A stretch of DNA of 64,000 nt from Eledone cirrhosa (taxonomy: Eukaryota), in contig OZ024755.1 in the NCBI GenBank assembly GCA_964016885.1, positions 41,354,001 to 41,418,000 of the forward strand, in the 5' to 3' direction. The notes below the pieces were generated by a model. That model searched no databases. It was not told where the DNA came from and saw only the letters and a program-made list of their open reading frames with translations. Within the stretch, counting starts at the first letter, position 1, and every line of letters starts with the position of its first letter. This document shows, piece by piece, positions 51,001 through 64,000 of this stretch. A program made the position numbers and the translations under genes.

Positions 51001-54000
51001 TAGGTATGATTCTAGAGTGTTCAACATGTTTAGGTATGATTCTAGAGTGTTCAACATGTTTAGGTGATTCTAGAGTGTTCAACATGTTTAGGTGATTCTA
51101 GAGTGTTCAACATGGTTAGGTATGTTTCTAGAGTGTTCAACATGTTTAGGTATGTTTCTAGAGTGTTCAACATGTTTAGGTATGATTCTAGAGTGTTCCA
51201 CATGGTTAGGTTATTCTAGAGTGTTCAACATGTTTAGGTATGTTTCTAGAGTGTTCAACATGTTTAGGTATGATTCTAGAGTGTTCAACATGTTTAGGTA
51301 TGATTCTAGAGTGTTCAACATGTTTAGGTATGATTCTAGAGTGTTCCACATGTTTAAGTATGATTCTACAGTTTTCAACATGTTTAGGTATTATTCTAGA
51401 GTGTTCAACATGTTTAGGCATTATTCTAGAGTGTTCAACATGTTTAGGTATGATTCTAGAGTGTTCAACATGTTTAGGTATTATTCTAGAGTGTTCAACA
51501 TGTTTAGGTATGTTTCTAGAGTGTTCAACATGTTTAGGTATGATTCTAGAGTGTTCAACATGTTTAGGTATGTTTCTAGAGTGTTCAACATGTTTAGGTA
51601 TGTTTCTAGAGTGTTCAACATGTTTAGGTATGATTCTAGAGTGTTCAACATGTTTAGGTATGTTTCTAGAGTGTTCAACATGTTTAGGTATGATTCTAGA
51701 GTGTTCAACATGTTTAGGTATGTTTCTAGAGTGTTCAACATGTTTAGGTATGATTCTAGAGTGTTCAACATGTTTAGGTATGATTCTAGAGTGTTCAACA
51801 TGTTTAGGTGATTCTAGAGTGTTCAACATGTTTAGGTGATTCTAGAGTGTTCAACATGGTTAGGTATGTTTCTAGAGTGTTCAACATGTTTAGGTATGTT
51901 TCTAGAGTGTTGAACATGTTTAGGTATGATTCTAGAGTGTTCAACATGTTTAGGTATGATTCTAGAGTGTTCAACATGTTTAGGTATGATTCTAGAGTGT
52001 TCAACATGTTTAGGTATGATTCTAGAGTGTTCCACATGTTTAAGTATGATTCTACAGTGTTCAACATGTTTAGGTATTATTCTAGAGTGTTCAACATGTT
52101 TAGGTATTATTCTAGAGTGTTCAACATGTTTAGGTATGTTTCTAGAGTGTTCAACATGTTTAGGTGATTCTAGAGTGTTCCACATGGTTAGGTATGATTC
52201 TAGAGTGTTCCACATGGTTAGGTATGTTTCTAGAGTGTTCAACATGGTTAGGTATGATTCTAGAGTGTTCAACATGTTTAGGTATGATTCTAGAGTGTTC
52301 AACATGTTTAGGTATGATTCTAGAGTGTTCCACATGGTTAGGTATGATTCTAGAGTGTTCCACATGGTTAGGTATGTTTCTAGAGTGTTCCACATGGTTA
52401 GGTATGATTCTAGAGTGTTCCACATGGTTAGATATGATTCTAGAGTGTTCCACATGGTTAGGTATGATTCTAGAGTGTTCAACATGGTTAGGTATGATTC
52501 TAGAGTGTTCCACATGGTTAGGTATGATTCTAGAGTGTTCAACATGTTTAGGTATGATTCTAGAGTGTTCAACATGTTTAGGTATATTTCTAGAGCGTTC
52601 AACATGTTTAGGTGATTCTAGAGTGTTCAACATGTTTAGGTATGATTCTAGAGTGTTCAACATGTTTAGGTATGATTCTAGAGTGTTCAACATGGTTAGG
52701 TATGATTCTAGAGTGTTCAACATGGTTAGGTATGATTCTAGAGTGTTCAACATGTTTAGGTATGTTTCTAGAGTGTTCAACATGTTTAGGTATGATTCTA
52801 GAGTGTTCAACATGGTTAGGTATGTTTCTAGAGTGTTCAACATGTTTAGGTAAGATTCTAGAGTGTTCAACATGTTTAGGTGATTCTAGTGTTCAACATG
52901 TTTAGGTGATTCTAGAGTGTTCAACATGGTTAGGTATGTTTCTAGAGTGTTCAACATGTTTAGGTATGTTTCTAGAGTGTTCAACATGTTTAGGTATGTT
53001 TCTAGAGTATTCAACATGTTTAGGTATGATTCTAGAATGTTCAACATGGTTAGGTATGTTTCTAGAGTGTTCAACATGGTTAGGTATGATTCTAGAGTGT
53101 TCAACATGTTTAGGTATGTTTCTAGAGTGTTCAACATGTTTAGTTATGATTCTAGAGTGTTCAACATGTTTAGGTATTATTCTAGAGTGTTCAACATGTT
53201 TAGGTATTATTCTAGAGTGTTCAACATGTTTAGGTATTATTCTAGAGTGTTCAACATGTTTAGGTATGTTTCTAGAGTGTTCAACATGTTTAGGTATGTT
53301 TCTAGAGTGTTCAACATGTTTAGGTATGATTCTAGAGTGTTCCACATGGTTAGGTATGATTCTAGAGTGTTCCACATGGTTAGGTATGTTTCTAGAGTGT
53401 TCAACATGTTTAGGTATGTTTCTAGTGTTCAACAGGTTTAGGTGATTCTAGAGTGTTCAACATGGTTAGGTATGATTCTAGAGTGTTCCACATGATTAGG
53501 TATGATTCTAGAGTGTTCAACATGTTTAGGTATTATTCTAGAGTGTTCGACATGTTTAGGTATGTTTCTAGAGTGTTCAACATGTTTAGGTGATTCTAGA
53601 GTGTTCCACATGGTTAGGTATGATTCTAGAGTGTTCCACATGGTTAGGTATGATTCTAGAGTGTTCAACATGTTTAGGTATGATTCTAGAGTGTTCCACA
53701 TGGTTAGGTATGATTCTAGACTGTTCCACATGGTTAGGTATGTTTCTAGAGTGTTCCACATGGTTAGGTATGATTCTAGAGTGTTCCACATGGTTAGGTA
53801 TGATTCTAGAGTGTTCAACATGGTTAGGTATGATTCTAGAGTGTTCCACATGGTTAGGTATGATTCTAGAGTGTTCAACATGTTTAGGTATGATTCTAGA
53901 GTGTTCAACATGTTTAGGTATGATTCTAGAGTGTTCAACATGGTTAGGTATGATTCTAGAGTGTTCAACATGTTTAGGTATGTTTCTAGAGTGTTCAACA

Positions 54001-57000
54001 TGTTTAGGTATGATTCTAGAGTGTTCAACATGGTTAGGTATGTTTCTAGAGTGTTCAACATGTTTAGGTATGATTCTAGAGTGTTCAACATGTTTAGGTG
54101 ATTCTAGTATTCAACATGTTTAGGTGATTCTAGAGTGTTCAACATGGTTAGGTATGTTTCTAGAGTGTTCAACATGTTTAGGTATGTTTCTAGAGTGTTC
54201 AACATGTTTAGGTATGTTTCTAGAGTGTTCAACATGTTTAGGTATGTTTCTAGAGTATTCAACATGTTTAGGTATGTTTCTAGAGTGTTCAACATGGTTA
54301 GGTATGATTCTAGAGTGTTCAACATGTTTAGGTATGTTTCTAGAGTGTTCAACATGTTTAGGTATGTTTCTAGAGTGTTCAACATGTTTAGGTATGATTC
54401 TAGAGTGTTCAACATGGTTAGGTATGTTTCTAGAGTGTTCAACATGTTTAGGTATGTTTCTAGAGTGTTCAACATGTTTAGGTGATTCTAGAGTGTTCCA
54501 CATGGTTAGGTATGTTTCTAGAGTGTTCAACATGTTTAGGTGATTCTAGAGTGTTCAACATGTTTAGGTGATTCTAGAGTGTTCAACATGGTTAGGTATG
54601 TTTCTAGAGTGTTCAACATGGTTAGGTATGTTTCTAGAGTGTTCAACATGTTTAGGTATGTTTCTAGAGTGTTCAACATGGTTAGGTATGTTTCTAGAGT
54701 GTTCAACATGGTTAGGTATGATTCTAGAGTGTTCAACATGGTTAGGTATGATTCTAGAGTGTTCAACATGTTTAGGTATGTTTCTAGAGTGTTCAACATA
54801 TTTAGGTATGATTCTAGAGTGTTCAACATGTTTAGGTATTATTCTAGAGTGTTCAACATGTTTAGGTATTATTCTAGAGTGTTCAACATGTTTAGGTATG
54901 ATTCTAGAGTGTTCAACATGTTTAGGTATTATTCTAGAGTGTTCAACATGTTTAGGTATTATTCTAGAGTGTTCAACATGTTTAGGTATGTTTCTAGAGT
55001 GTTCAACATGTTTAGGTATGATTCTAGAGTGTTCCACATGGTTAGGTATGATTCTAGAGTGTTCCACATGGTTAGGTAGGTTTCTAGAGTGTTCAACATG
55101 TTTAGGTATGTTTCTAGTGTTCAACATGTTTAGGTGATTCTAGAGTGTTCAACATGGTTAGGTATGATTCTAGAGTGTTCCACATGATTAGGTATGATTC
55201 TAGAGTGTTCAACATGTTTAGGTATTATTCTAGAGTGTTCAACATGTTTAGGTATGTTTCTAGAGTGTTCAACATGTTTAGGTGATTCTAGAGTGTTCCA
55301 CATGGTTAGGTATGATTCTAGAGTGTTCCACATGGTTAGGTATGATTCTAGAGTGTTCCACATGGTTAGGTATGTTTCTAGAGTGTTCAACATGGTTAGG
55401 TATGTTTCTAGAGTGTTCAACATGTTTAGGTATGATTCTAGAGTGTTCCACATGGTTAGGTATGATTCTAGAGTGTTCCACATGGTTAGGTATGTTTCTA
55501 GAGTGTTCCACATGGTTAGGTATGATTCTAGAGTGTTCCACATGGTTAGGTATGATTCTAGAGTGTTCAACATGGTTAGGTATGTTTCTAGAGTGTTCAA
55601 CATGTTTAGGTATGTTTCTAGAGTGTTCAACATGTTTAGGTATGTTTCTAGAGTATTCAACATGTTTAGGTATGATTCTAGAATGTTCAACATGGTTAGG
55701 TATGTTTCTAGAGTGTTCAACATGGTTAGGTATGATTCTAGAGTGTTCAACATGTTTAGGTATGTTTCTAGAGTGTTCAACATGTTTAGTTATGATTCTA
55801 GAGTGTTCAACATGTTTAGGTATTATTCTAGAGTGTTCAACATGTTTAGGTATTATTCTAGAGTGTTCAACATGTTTAGGTATTATTCTAGAGTGTTCAA
55901 CATGTTTAGGTATGTTTCTAGAGTGTTCAACATGTTTAGGTATGTTTCTAGAGTGTTCAACATGTTTAGGTATGATTCTAGAGTGTTCCACATGGTTAGG
56001 TATGATTCTAGAGTGTTCCACATGGTTAGGTATGTTTCTAGAGTGTTCAACATGTTTAGGTATGTTTCTAGTGTTCAACAGGTTTAGGTGATTCTAGAGT
56101 GTTCAACATGGTTAGGTATGATTCTAGAGTGTTCCACATGATTAGGTATGATTCTAGAGTGTTCAACATGTTTAGGTATTATTCTAGAGTGTTCAACATG
56201 TTTAGGTATGATTCTAGAGTGTTCCACATGGTTAGGTATGATTCTAGACTGTTCCACATGGTTAGGTATGTTTCTAGAGTGTTCCACATGGTTAGGTATG
56301 ATTCTAGAGTGTTCCACATGGTTAGGTATGATTCTAGAGTGTTCAACATGGTTAGGTATGATTCTAGAGTGTTCCACATCGTTAGGTATGATTCTAGAGT
56401 GTTCAACATGTTTAGGTATGATTCTAGAGTGTTCAACATGTTTAGGTATGATTCTAGAGTGTTCAACATGGTTAGGTATGATTCTAGAGTGTTCAACATG
56501 TTTAGGTATGTTTCTAGAGTGTTCAACATGTTTAGGTATGATTCTAGAGTGTTCAACATGGTTAGGTATGTTTCTAGAGTGTTCAACATGTTTAGGTATG
56601 ATTCTAGAGTGTTCAACATGTTTAGGTGATTCTAGTATTCAACATGTTTAGGTGATTCTAGAGTGTTCAACATGGTTAGGTATGTTTCTAGAGTGTTCAA
56701 CATGTTTAGGTATGTTTCTAGAGTGTTCAACATGTTTAGGTATGTTTCTAGAGTGTTCAACATGTTTAGGTATGTTTCTAGAGTATTCAACATGTTTAGG
56801 TATGTTTCTAGAGTGTTCAACATGGTTAGGTATGATTCTAGAGTGTTCAACATGTTTAGGTATGTTTCTAGAGTGTTCAACATGTTTAGGTATGTTTCTA
56901 GAGTGTTCAACATGTTTAGGTATGATTCTAGAGTGTTCAACATGGTTAGGTATGTTTCTAGAGTGTTCAACATGTTTAGGTATGTTTCTAGAGTGTTCAA

Positions 57001-60000
57001 CATGTTTAGGTGATTCTAGAGTGTTCCACATGGTTAGGTATGTTTCTAGAGTGTTCAACATGTTTAGGTGATTCTAGAGTGTTCAACATGTTTAGGTGAT
57101 TCTAGAGTGTTCAACATGGTTAGGTATGTTTCTAGAGTGTTCAACATGGTTAGGTATGTTTCTAGAGTGTTCAACATGTTTAGGTATGTTTCTAGAGTGT
57201 TCAACATGGTTAGGTATGTTTCTAGAGTGTTCAACATGGTTAGGTATGATTCTAGAGTGTTCAACATGGTTAGGTATGATTCTAGAGTGTTCAACATGTT
57301 TAGGTATGTTTCTAGAGTGTTCAACATATTTAGGTATGATTCTAGAGTGTTCAACATGTTTAGGTATTATTCTAGAGTGTTCAACATGTTTAGGTATTAT
57401 TCTAGAGTGTTCAACATGTTTAGGTATGATTCTAGAGTGTTCAACATGTTTAGGTATTATTCTAGAGTGTTCAACATGTTTAGGTATTATTCTAGAGTGT
57501 TCAACATGTTTAGGTATGTTTCTAGAGTGCTCAACATGTTTAGGTATGATTCTAGAGTGTTCCACATGGTTAGGTATGATTCTAGAGTGTTCCACATGGT
57601 TAGGTAGGTTTCTAGAGTGTTCAACATGTTTAGGTATGTTTCTAGTGTTCAACATGTTTAGGTGATTCTAGAGTGTTCAACATGGTTAGGTATGATTCTA
57701 GAGTGTTCCACATGATTAGGTATGATTCTAGAGTGTTCAACATGTTTAGGTATTATTCTAGAGTGTTCAACATGTTTAGGTATGTTTCTAGAGTGTTCAA
57801 CATGTTTAGGTGATTCTAGAGTGTTCCACATGGTTAGGTATGATTCTAGAGTGTTCCACATGGTTAGGTATGATTCTAGAGTGTTCCACATGGTTAGGTA
57901 TGTTTCTAGAGTGTTCAACATGGTTAGGTATGTTTCTAGAGTGTTCAACATGGTTAGGTATGATTCTAGAGTGTTCAACATGTTTAGGTATGATTCTAGA
58001 GTGTTCCACATGGTTAGGTATGATTCTAGAGTGTTCCACATGGTTAGGTATGTTTCTAGAGTGTTCCACATGGTTAGGTATGATTCTAGAGTGTTCCACA
58101 TGGTTAGGTATGATTCTAGAGTGTTCAACATGGTTAGGTATGATTCTAGAGTGTTCCACATGGTTAGGTATGATTCTAGAGTGTTCAACATGTTTAGGTA
58201 TGATTCTAGAGTGTTCAACATGTTTAGGTATGATTCTAGAGTGTTCAACATGGTTAGGTATGATTCTAGAGTGTTCAACATGTTTAGGTATGTTTCTAGA
58301 GTGTTCAACATGTTTAGGTATGATTCTAGAGTGTTCAACATGGTTAGGTATGTTTCTAGAGTGTTCAACATGTTTAGGTATGATTCTAGAGTGTTCAACA
58401 TGTTTAGGTGATTCTAGTGTTCAACATGTTTAGGTGATTCTAGAGTGTTCAACATGGTTAGGTATGTTTCTAGAGTGTTCAACATGTTTAGGTACGTTTC
58501 TAGAGTGTTCAACATGTTTAGGTATGTTTCTAGAGTGTTCAACATGTTTAGGTATGTTTCTAGAGTATTCAACATGTTTAGGTATGATTCTAGAATGTTC
58601 AACATGGTTAGGTATGTTTCTAGAGTGTTCAACATGGTTAGGTATGATTCTAGAGTGTTCAACATGTTTAGGTATGTTTCTAGAGTGTTCAACATGTTTA
58701 GGTATGTTTCTAGAGTGTTCAACATGTTTAGGTATGTTTCTAGAGTGTTCAACATGGTTAGGTATGTTTCTAGAGTGTTCAACATGGTTAGGTATGTTTC
58801 TAGAGTGTTCAACATGTTTAGGTATGTTTCTAGAGTGTTCAACATGTTTAGGTGATTCTAGAGTGTTGAACATGTTTAGGTGATCTAGAGTGTTCAACAT
58901 GTTTAGGTGATCTAGAGTGTTCAACATGTTTAGGTGATTCTAGAGTGTTCCACATGGTTAGGTATGTTTCTAGAGTGTTCCACATGGTTAGGTATGTTTC
59001 TAGAGTGTTCAACATGTTTAGGTGATTCTAGAGTGTTCAACATGTTTAGGTGATTCTAGAGTGTTCAACATGTTTAGGTGATTCTAGAGTGTTCAACATG
59101 GTTAGGTATGTTTCTAGAGTGTTCAACATGGTTAGGTATGTTTCTAGAGTGTTCAACATGTTTAGGTATGTTTCTAGAGTGTTCAACATGTTTAGGTGAT
59201 TCTAGAGTGTTGAACATGTTTAGGTATGTTTCTAGAGTGTTCAACATGGTTAGGTATGTTTCTAGAGTGTTCAACATGGTTAGGTATGTTTCTAGAGTGT
59301 TCAACATGGTTAGGCATGATTCTAGAGTGTTCAACATGTTTAGGTATGTTTCTAGAGTATTGAACATGTTTAGGTATGTTTCTAGAGTGTTCAACATGTT
59401 TAGGTATTATTCTAGACTGTTCAACATGGTTAGGTATGTTTCTAGAGTGTTCAACATGTTTAGGTATGTTTCTAGAGTGTTCAACATGTTTAGGTATGAT
59501 TCTAGAGTGTTCAACATGTTTAGGTATGATTCTAGAGTGTTCAACATGTTTAGGTATGATTCTAGAGTGTTCAACATGTTTAGGTGATTCTAGAGTGTTC
59601 AACATGTTTAGGTATGTTTCTAGACTGTTCAACATGTTTAGGTATGATTCTAGAGTGTTCAACATGGTTAGGTATGATTCTAGAGTGTTCAACATGTTTA
59701 GGTATGTTTCTAGAGTGTTCAACATGTTTAGGTGATTCTAGAGTGTTGAACATGTTTAGGTGATTCTAGAGTGTTGAACATGTTTAGGTGATTCTAGAGT
59801 GTTCAACATGTTTAGGTGATTCTAGAGTGTTCAACATGTTTAGGTGATTCTAGAGTGTTCAACATGTTTAGGTGATTCTAGAGTGTTCAACATGTTTAGG
59901 TGATTCTAGAGTGTTCAACATGTTTAGGTGATTCTAGAGTGTTCAACATGTTTAGGTGATTCTAGAGTGTTCAACATGGTTAGGTATGTTTCTAGAGTGT

Positions 60001-60129
60001 TCAACATGTTTAGGTGATTCTAGAGTGTTCAACATGTTTAGGTGATTCTAGAGTGTTCCACATGGTTAGGTATGTTTCTAGAGTGTTCAACATGTTTAGG
60101 TATGATTCTAGAGTGTTGAACATGTTTAG
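48018..60129. repeat. ~12.1-kb 30-bp satellite (AACATGTTTAGGTATGATTCTAGAGTGTTC), ~400 units with 28/26-bp variants and higher-order repeats, intronic in Nup210
   Basis: Direct reading; identical periodic ORFs recur at fixed offsets. Confidence 0.97.
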
Positions 60130-60439
60130 CATTAACCCTTTCTTTACCATTTAATGAAATACATTCTATCTCAATTAATTGAAGAATTTTGGGAGATTTA
60201 CTGAAACTGGTAATTATTCCATTGCTAACATATCTTAATAAATGGTTCTTAATATAAAATTATATAGAAATATTTTAATTTAAATGAAGTGATTTTGTTT
60301 TACAGTCAGAATAATTTAAGGTCAAGTTGGTGTCAAGAGAGTTATCCTGTAAAAAAATAAATAAATGACAATCTCAAAGTTTATAAGACAAAATTCTAGC
60401 AACGTCTTTGCAACCAGAGCTGATCATGGAACCTTTTTA

Positions 60440-60765
60440 GTGTTGGTGCCACAATAAAACACACCCAGTACACCCTGTAAAGTGGTACTGTTGGTGCCAC
60501 AATAAAACACACCCAGACCACCCTGTAAAGTGGTAGTGATGGTGTCACAATAAAATACACCCAGTACACTCTCTAAAGTGGTAGTGATGGTGTCATATTA
60601 AAATACACCCAGTACACTCTGTAAAGTGTTATTGTTGGTGTCATGATAAAATACACCCAGTACACACTGTAAAGTGGTAGTCCTAGTACCTCAATAAAAT
60701 CCACCCTGTAAAGTGGTAGTGTTGATGCCACTATGAAAGCACCAAGTCCACTCTGTAAAGTGGTT
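60440..60765. repeat. 48-bp diverged tandem repeat (~7 copies)
   Basis: TGGTGCCACAATAAAACACACCCAGTACACCCTGTAAAGTGGTA recurring. Confidence 0.8.
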
Positions 60766-60900
60766 CGTATTATAAAAGTCAAGGTGTAGAAACCATACTA
60801 AATATAAGACATGATTAAAATGAGGTTGTTGCAACTGGTACGGTCTTGGAATGGGACAAGCCATCTAACATGATGATGATGATGATGAAATAAAATTTAC

Positions 60901-61033
60901 CTTTTGATGAAGCCAATGGAACATAAAAACAGAAAATCTGTCCAACTTTCATGGAAGTTGAGTGTGGAACAATAGCTTGTTTTACAGGGATGTTAATGTA
61001 ATCTGCCAGTTTACGGTCATCAGCATTCCAAAC
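60901..61033 (-). CDS. NUP210: Nup210 exon (most 5' exon in the window; gene continues beyond 64000)
   Basis: TTTCAG / GTAAAT; VWNADDRKLADYINIPVKQAIVPHSTSMKVGQIFCF resembles gp210 [23 protein letters not shown]...VGDVLCL; phase 0-1. Confidence 0.9.
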
Positions 61034-61317
61034 CTGAAAGAAAACATATATTGAGTGACACCTCACCAATATTTCACTTCAGAGCTTCGTAACAGAAAAC
61101 TAATAATCTTGTAGAATTTATAAATAAATAAAGAAAGGTGCTAATTATGACCATTTATAACTATTATTACTAAGTAAAGGTACATGACTTAGTGGTAAGG
61201 GAGTTGGAAATTGTGAGAATGTGGATTTCATTCCTGGGCCAGGCAAAGCTTGAGCAGGTCATTTTATTTCATGCTCTTTCCGTCAAGAGTTGTGACCAGT
61301 AGATAGTATCAGCAATG

Positions 61318-64000
61318 TGTCTACTATACTGTAGCCCTGTCTATTACTCTACTGTAGCCCTGTCTACTCTATTGTAGTCCTGTCTATTACTCTACTGTAG
61401 CCCTGTCTACTATACTGTAGCCCTGTCTATTACTCTACTGTAGCCCTGTCTACTCTACTGTAGCCCTGTCTACTCTACTGTAGCCCTGTCTACTCTACTG
61501 TAGCCCTGTCTACTATACTGTAGCCCTGTCTACTATACTGTAGCCCTGTCTACTATACTGTAGCCCTGTCTACTATACTGTAACCCTGTCTACTCTACTG
61601 TAGCCCTGTCTACTCTACTGTAACCCTGTCTACTATACTGTAACCCTGTCTACTCTACTGTAACCCTGTCTATTACTCGACTGTAGCCCTGTCTATTACT
61701 CTACTGTAGCCCTGTCTACTATACTGTAGCCCTGTCTACTATACTGTAGCCCTGTCTATTACTCTACTGCAGCCCTGTCTACTCTACTGTAGCCCTGTCT
61801 ACTCTACTGTAGCCCTGTCTACTCTACTGTAACCTTGTCTATTACTATACTCTAGCCCTGTCTATTACTATACTCTAGCCCTGTCTATTACTATACTCTA
61901 GCCCTGTCTATTACTCTACTGTAGCCCTGTCTATTACTCTACTGTAGCCCTGTCTACTATACTGTAGCCCTGTCTATTACTCTACTGTAGCCCTGTCTAT
62001 TACTCTACTGTAGCCCTGTCTATTACTCTACTGTAGCCCTGTCTATTACTCTACTGCAGCCCTGTCTACTCTACTGTAGCCCTGTCTACTATACTGTAGC
62101 CCTGTCTATTACTCTACTGTAGCCCTGTCTACTATACTGTAGCCCTGTCTATTACTATACTGTAGCCCTGTCTATTACACTACTGTAGCCCTGTCTACTC
62201 TACTGTAGCCCTGTCTATTACTCTACTGTAGCCCTGTCTATTACTCTACTGTAGCCCTGTCTATTACACTACTGTAGCCCTGTCTATTACACTACTGTAG
62301 CCCTGTCTATTACTCTACTGTAGCCCTGTCTACTATACTGTAGCCCTGTCTATTACTCTACTGCAGCCCTGTCTACTCTACTGTAGCCCTGTCTACTCTA
62401 CTGTAGCCCTGTCTACTATACTGTAGCCCTGTCTACTCTACTGTAGCCCTGTCTACTCTACTGCAGCCCTGTCTACTCTACTGCAGCCCTGTCTACTATA
62501 CTGTAGCCCTGTCTACTCTACTGTAGCCCTGTCTACTATACTGTAGCCCTGTCTATTACTCTACTGTAGCCCTGTCTACTATACTGTAGCCCTGTCTACT
62601 ATACTGTAGCCCTGTCTATTACACTACTGTAGCCCTGTCTATTACTCTACTGTAGCCCTGTCTACTATACTGTAGCCCTGTCTATTACTCTACTGTAGCC
62701 CTGTCTACTATACTGTAGCCCGGTCTACTATACTGTAGCCCGGTCTACTCTACTGTAGCCCGGTCTACTCTACTGTAGCCCGGTCTACTCTACTGTAGCC
62801 CGGTCTACTCTACTGTAGCCCGGTCTACTCTACTGTAGCCCGGTCTACTCTACTGTAGCCCGGTCTACTCTACTGTAGCCCTGTCTATTACTCTACTGTA
62901 GCCCTGTCTACTATACTGTAGCCCTGTCTATTACTCTACTGTAGCCCGGTCTACTCTACTGTAGCCCTGTCTACTCTACTGTAGCCCTGTCTATTACTAT
63001 ACTGTAGCCCTGTCTATTACTATACTGTAGCCCTGTCTATTACTATACTGTAGCCCTGTCTATTACTATACTGTAGCCCTGTCTATTACTATACTGTAGC
63101 CCTGTCTATTACTATACTGTAGCCCTGTCTATTACTATACTGTAGCCCTGTCTATTACTATACTGTAGCCCTGTCTATTACTATACTGTAGCCCTGTCTA
63201 TTACTATACTGTAGCCCTGTCTATTACTATACTGTAGCCCTGTCTATTACTCTACTGTAGCCCTGTCTACTCAACTGTAGCCGTCTACTCTACTGTAGCC
63301 CTGTCTACTCTACTGTAGCCCTGTCTACTCTACTGTAGCCCTGTCTACTCTACTGTAACCCTGTCTACTCTACTGTAACCCTGTCTACTCTACTGTAACC
63401 CTGTCTACTCTACTGTAACCCTGTCTACTCTACTGTAACCCTGTCTACTCTACTGTAGCCCTCTCTACTCTACTGTAACCCTGTCTACTCTACTGTAACC
63501 CTGTCTACTCTACTGTAACCCTGTCTACTCTACTGTAGCCCTGTCTACTATACTGTAGCCCTGTCTACTCTACTGTAGTCCTGTCTATTACTCTACTGTA
63601 GCCCTGTCTACTATACTGTAGCCCTGTCTATTACTCTACTGTAGCCCAGTCTACTATACTGTAGCCCTGTCTATTACTCTACTGTAGCCCAGTCTACTCT
63701 ACTGTAGCCCAGTCTACTCTACTGTAGCCCTGTCTATTACACTACTGTAGCCCTGTCTACTATACTGTATCTGTCTATTACTCTACTGTAGCCCTGTCTA
63801 TTACTCTACTGTAGCCCTGTCTATTACTCTACTGTAGCCCTGTCTATTACTCTACTGTAGCCCTGTCTATTACTCTACTGTAGCCCTGTCTATTACTCTA
63901 CTGTAGCCCTGTCTATTACTCTACTGTAGCCCTGTCTATTACTCTACTGTAGCCCTGTCTACTCTACTGTAGCCCTGTCTACTCTACTGTAACCCTGTCT
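61318..64000. repeat. 20/23-bp satellite (ACTGTAGCCCTGTCT[ATT]ACTCT), runs off the window
   Basis: Direct reading. Confidence 0.97.

Noticed and set aside
47951-59735. Repetitive ORFs (HVEHSRIIPK / MLNTLESYL / MILECSTCLG) as a repeat protein
   Set aside because: Open in several frames on both strands and frameshifted by 28/26-bp units; the flanking Nup210 exons splice in phase without them.
48018-60129. Interstitial telomere
   Set aside because: Only one TTAGG per 30-bp unit; no (TTAGGG)n or (TTAGG)n tandem.

Overview
Repeat-rich animal genomic DNA, most likely cephalopod (octopus-like; inferred from SINE/RTE types and extreme (TA)n content). Bases 1-24,250 are a (TA)n microsatellite field interleaved with retroelement pieces: Penelope-like (GIY-YIG, hammerhead ribozymes, fold-back arms), CR1-group, RTE and an R4/Dong-like RLE fragment. 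Bases 32,039-61,033 (minus strand) carry the last nine coding exons of a Nup210/gp210 ortholog, spliced by hand with GT-AG sites in consistent phase through the TM helix to the stop. Its introns hold piggyBac-like MITEs repeatedly hit by LINEs, several minisatellites, a ~12 kb 30-bp satellite with higher-order repeats and a 20/23-bp satellite running off the window. The most notable signal is a set of Penelope-like elements sharing a hammerhead + ACTC/GAGT hairpin + terminal hairpin + (TA)n 3' end. One of them sits with a ~500-bp (TA)n array inside a 6-bp target-site duplication whose empty-site paralog has no TA, suggesting retroelement-linked birth of the microsatellite. TE boundaries are approximate.
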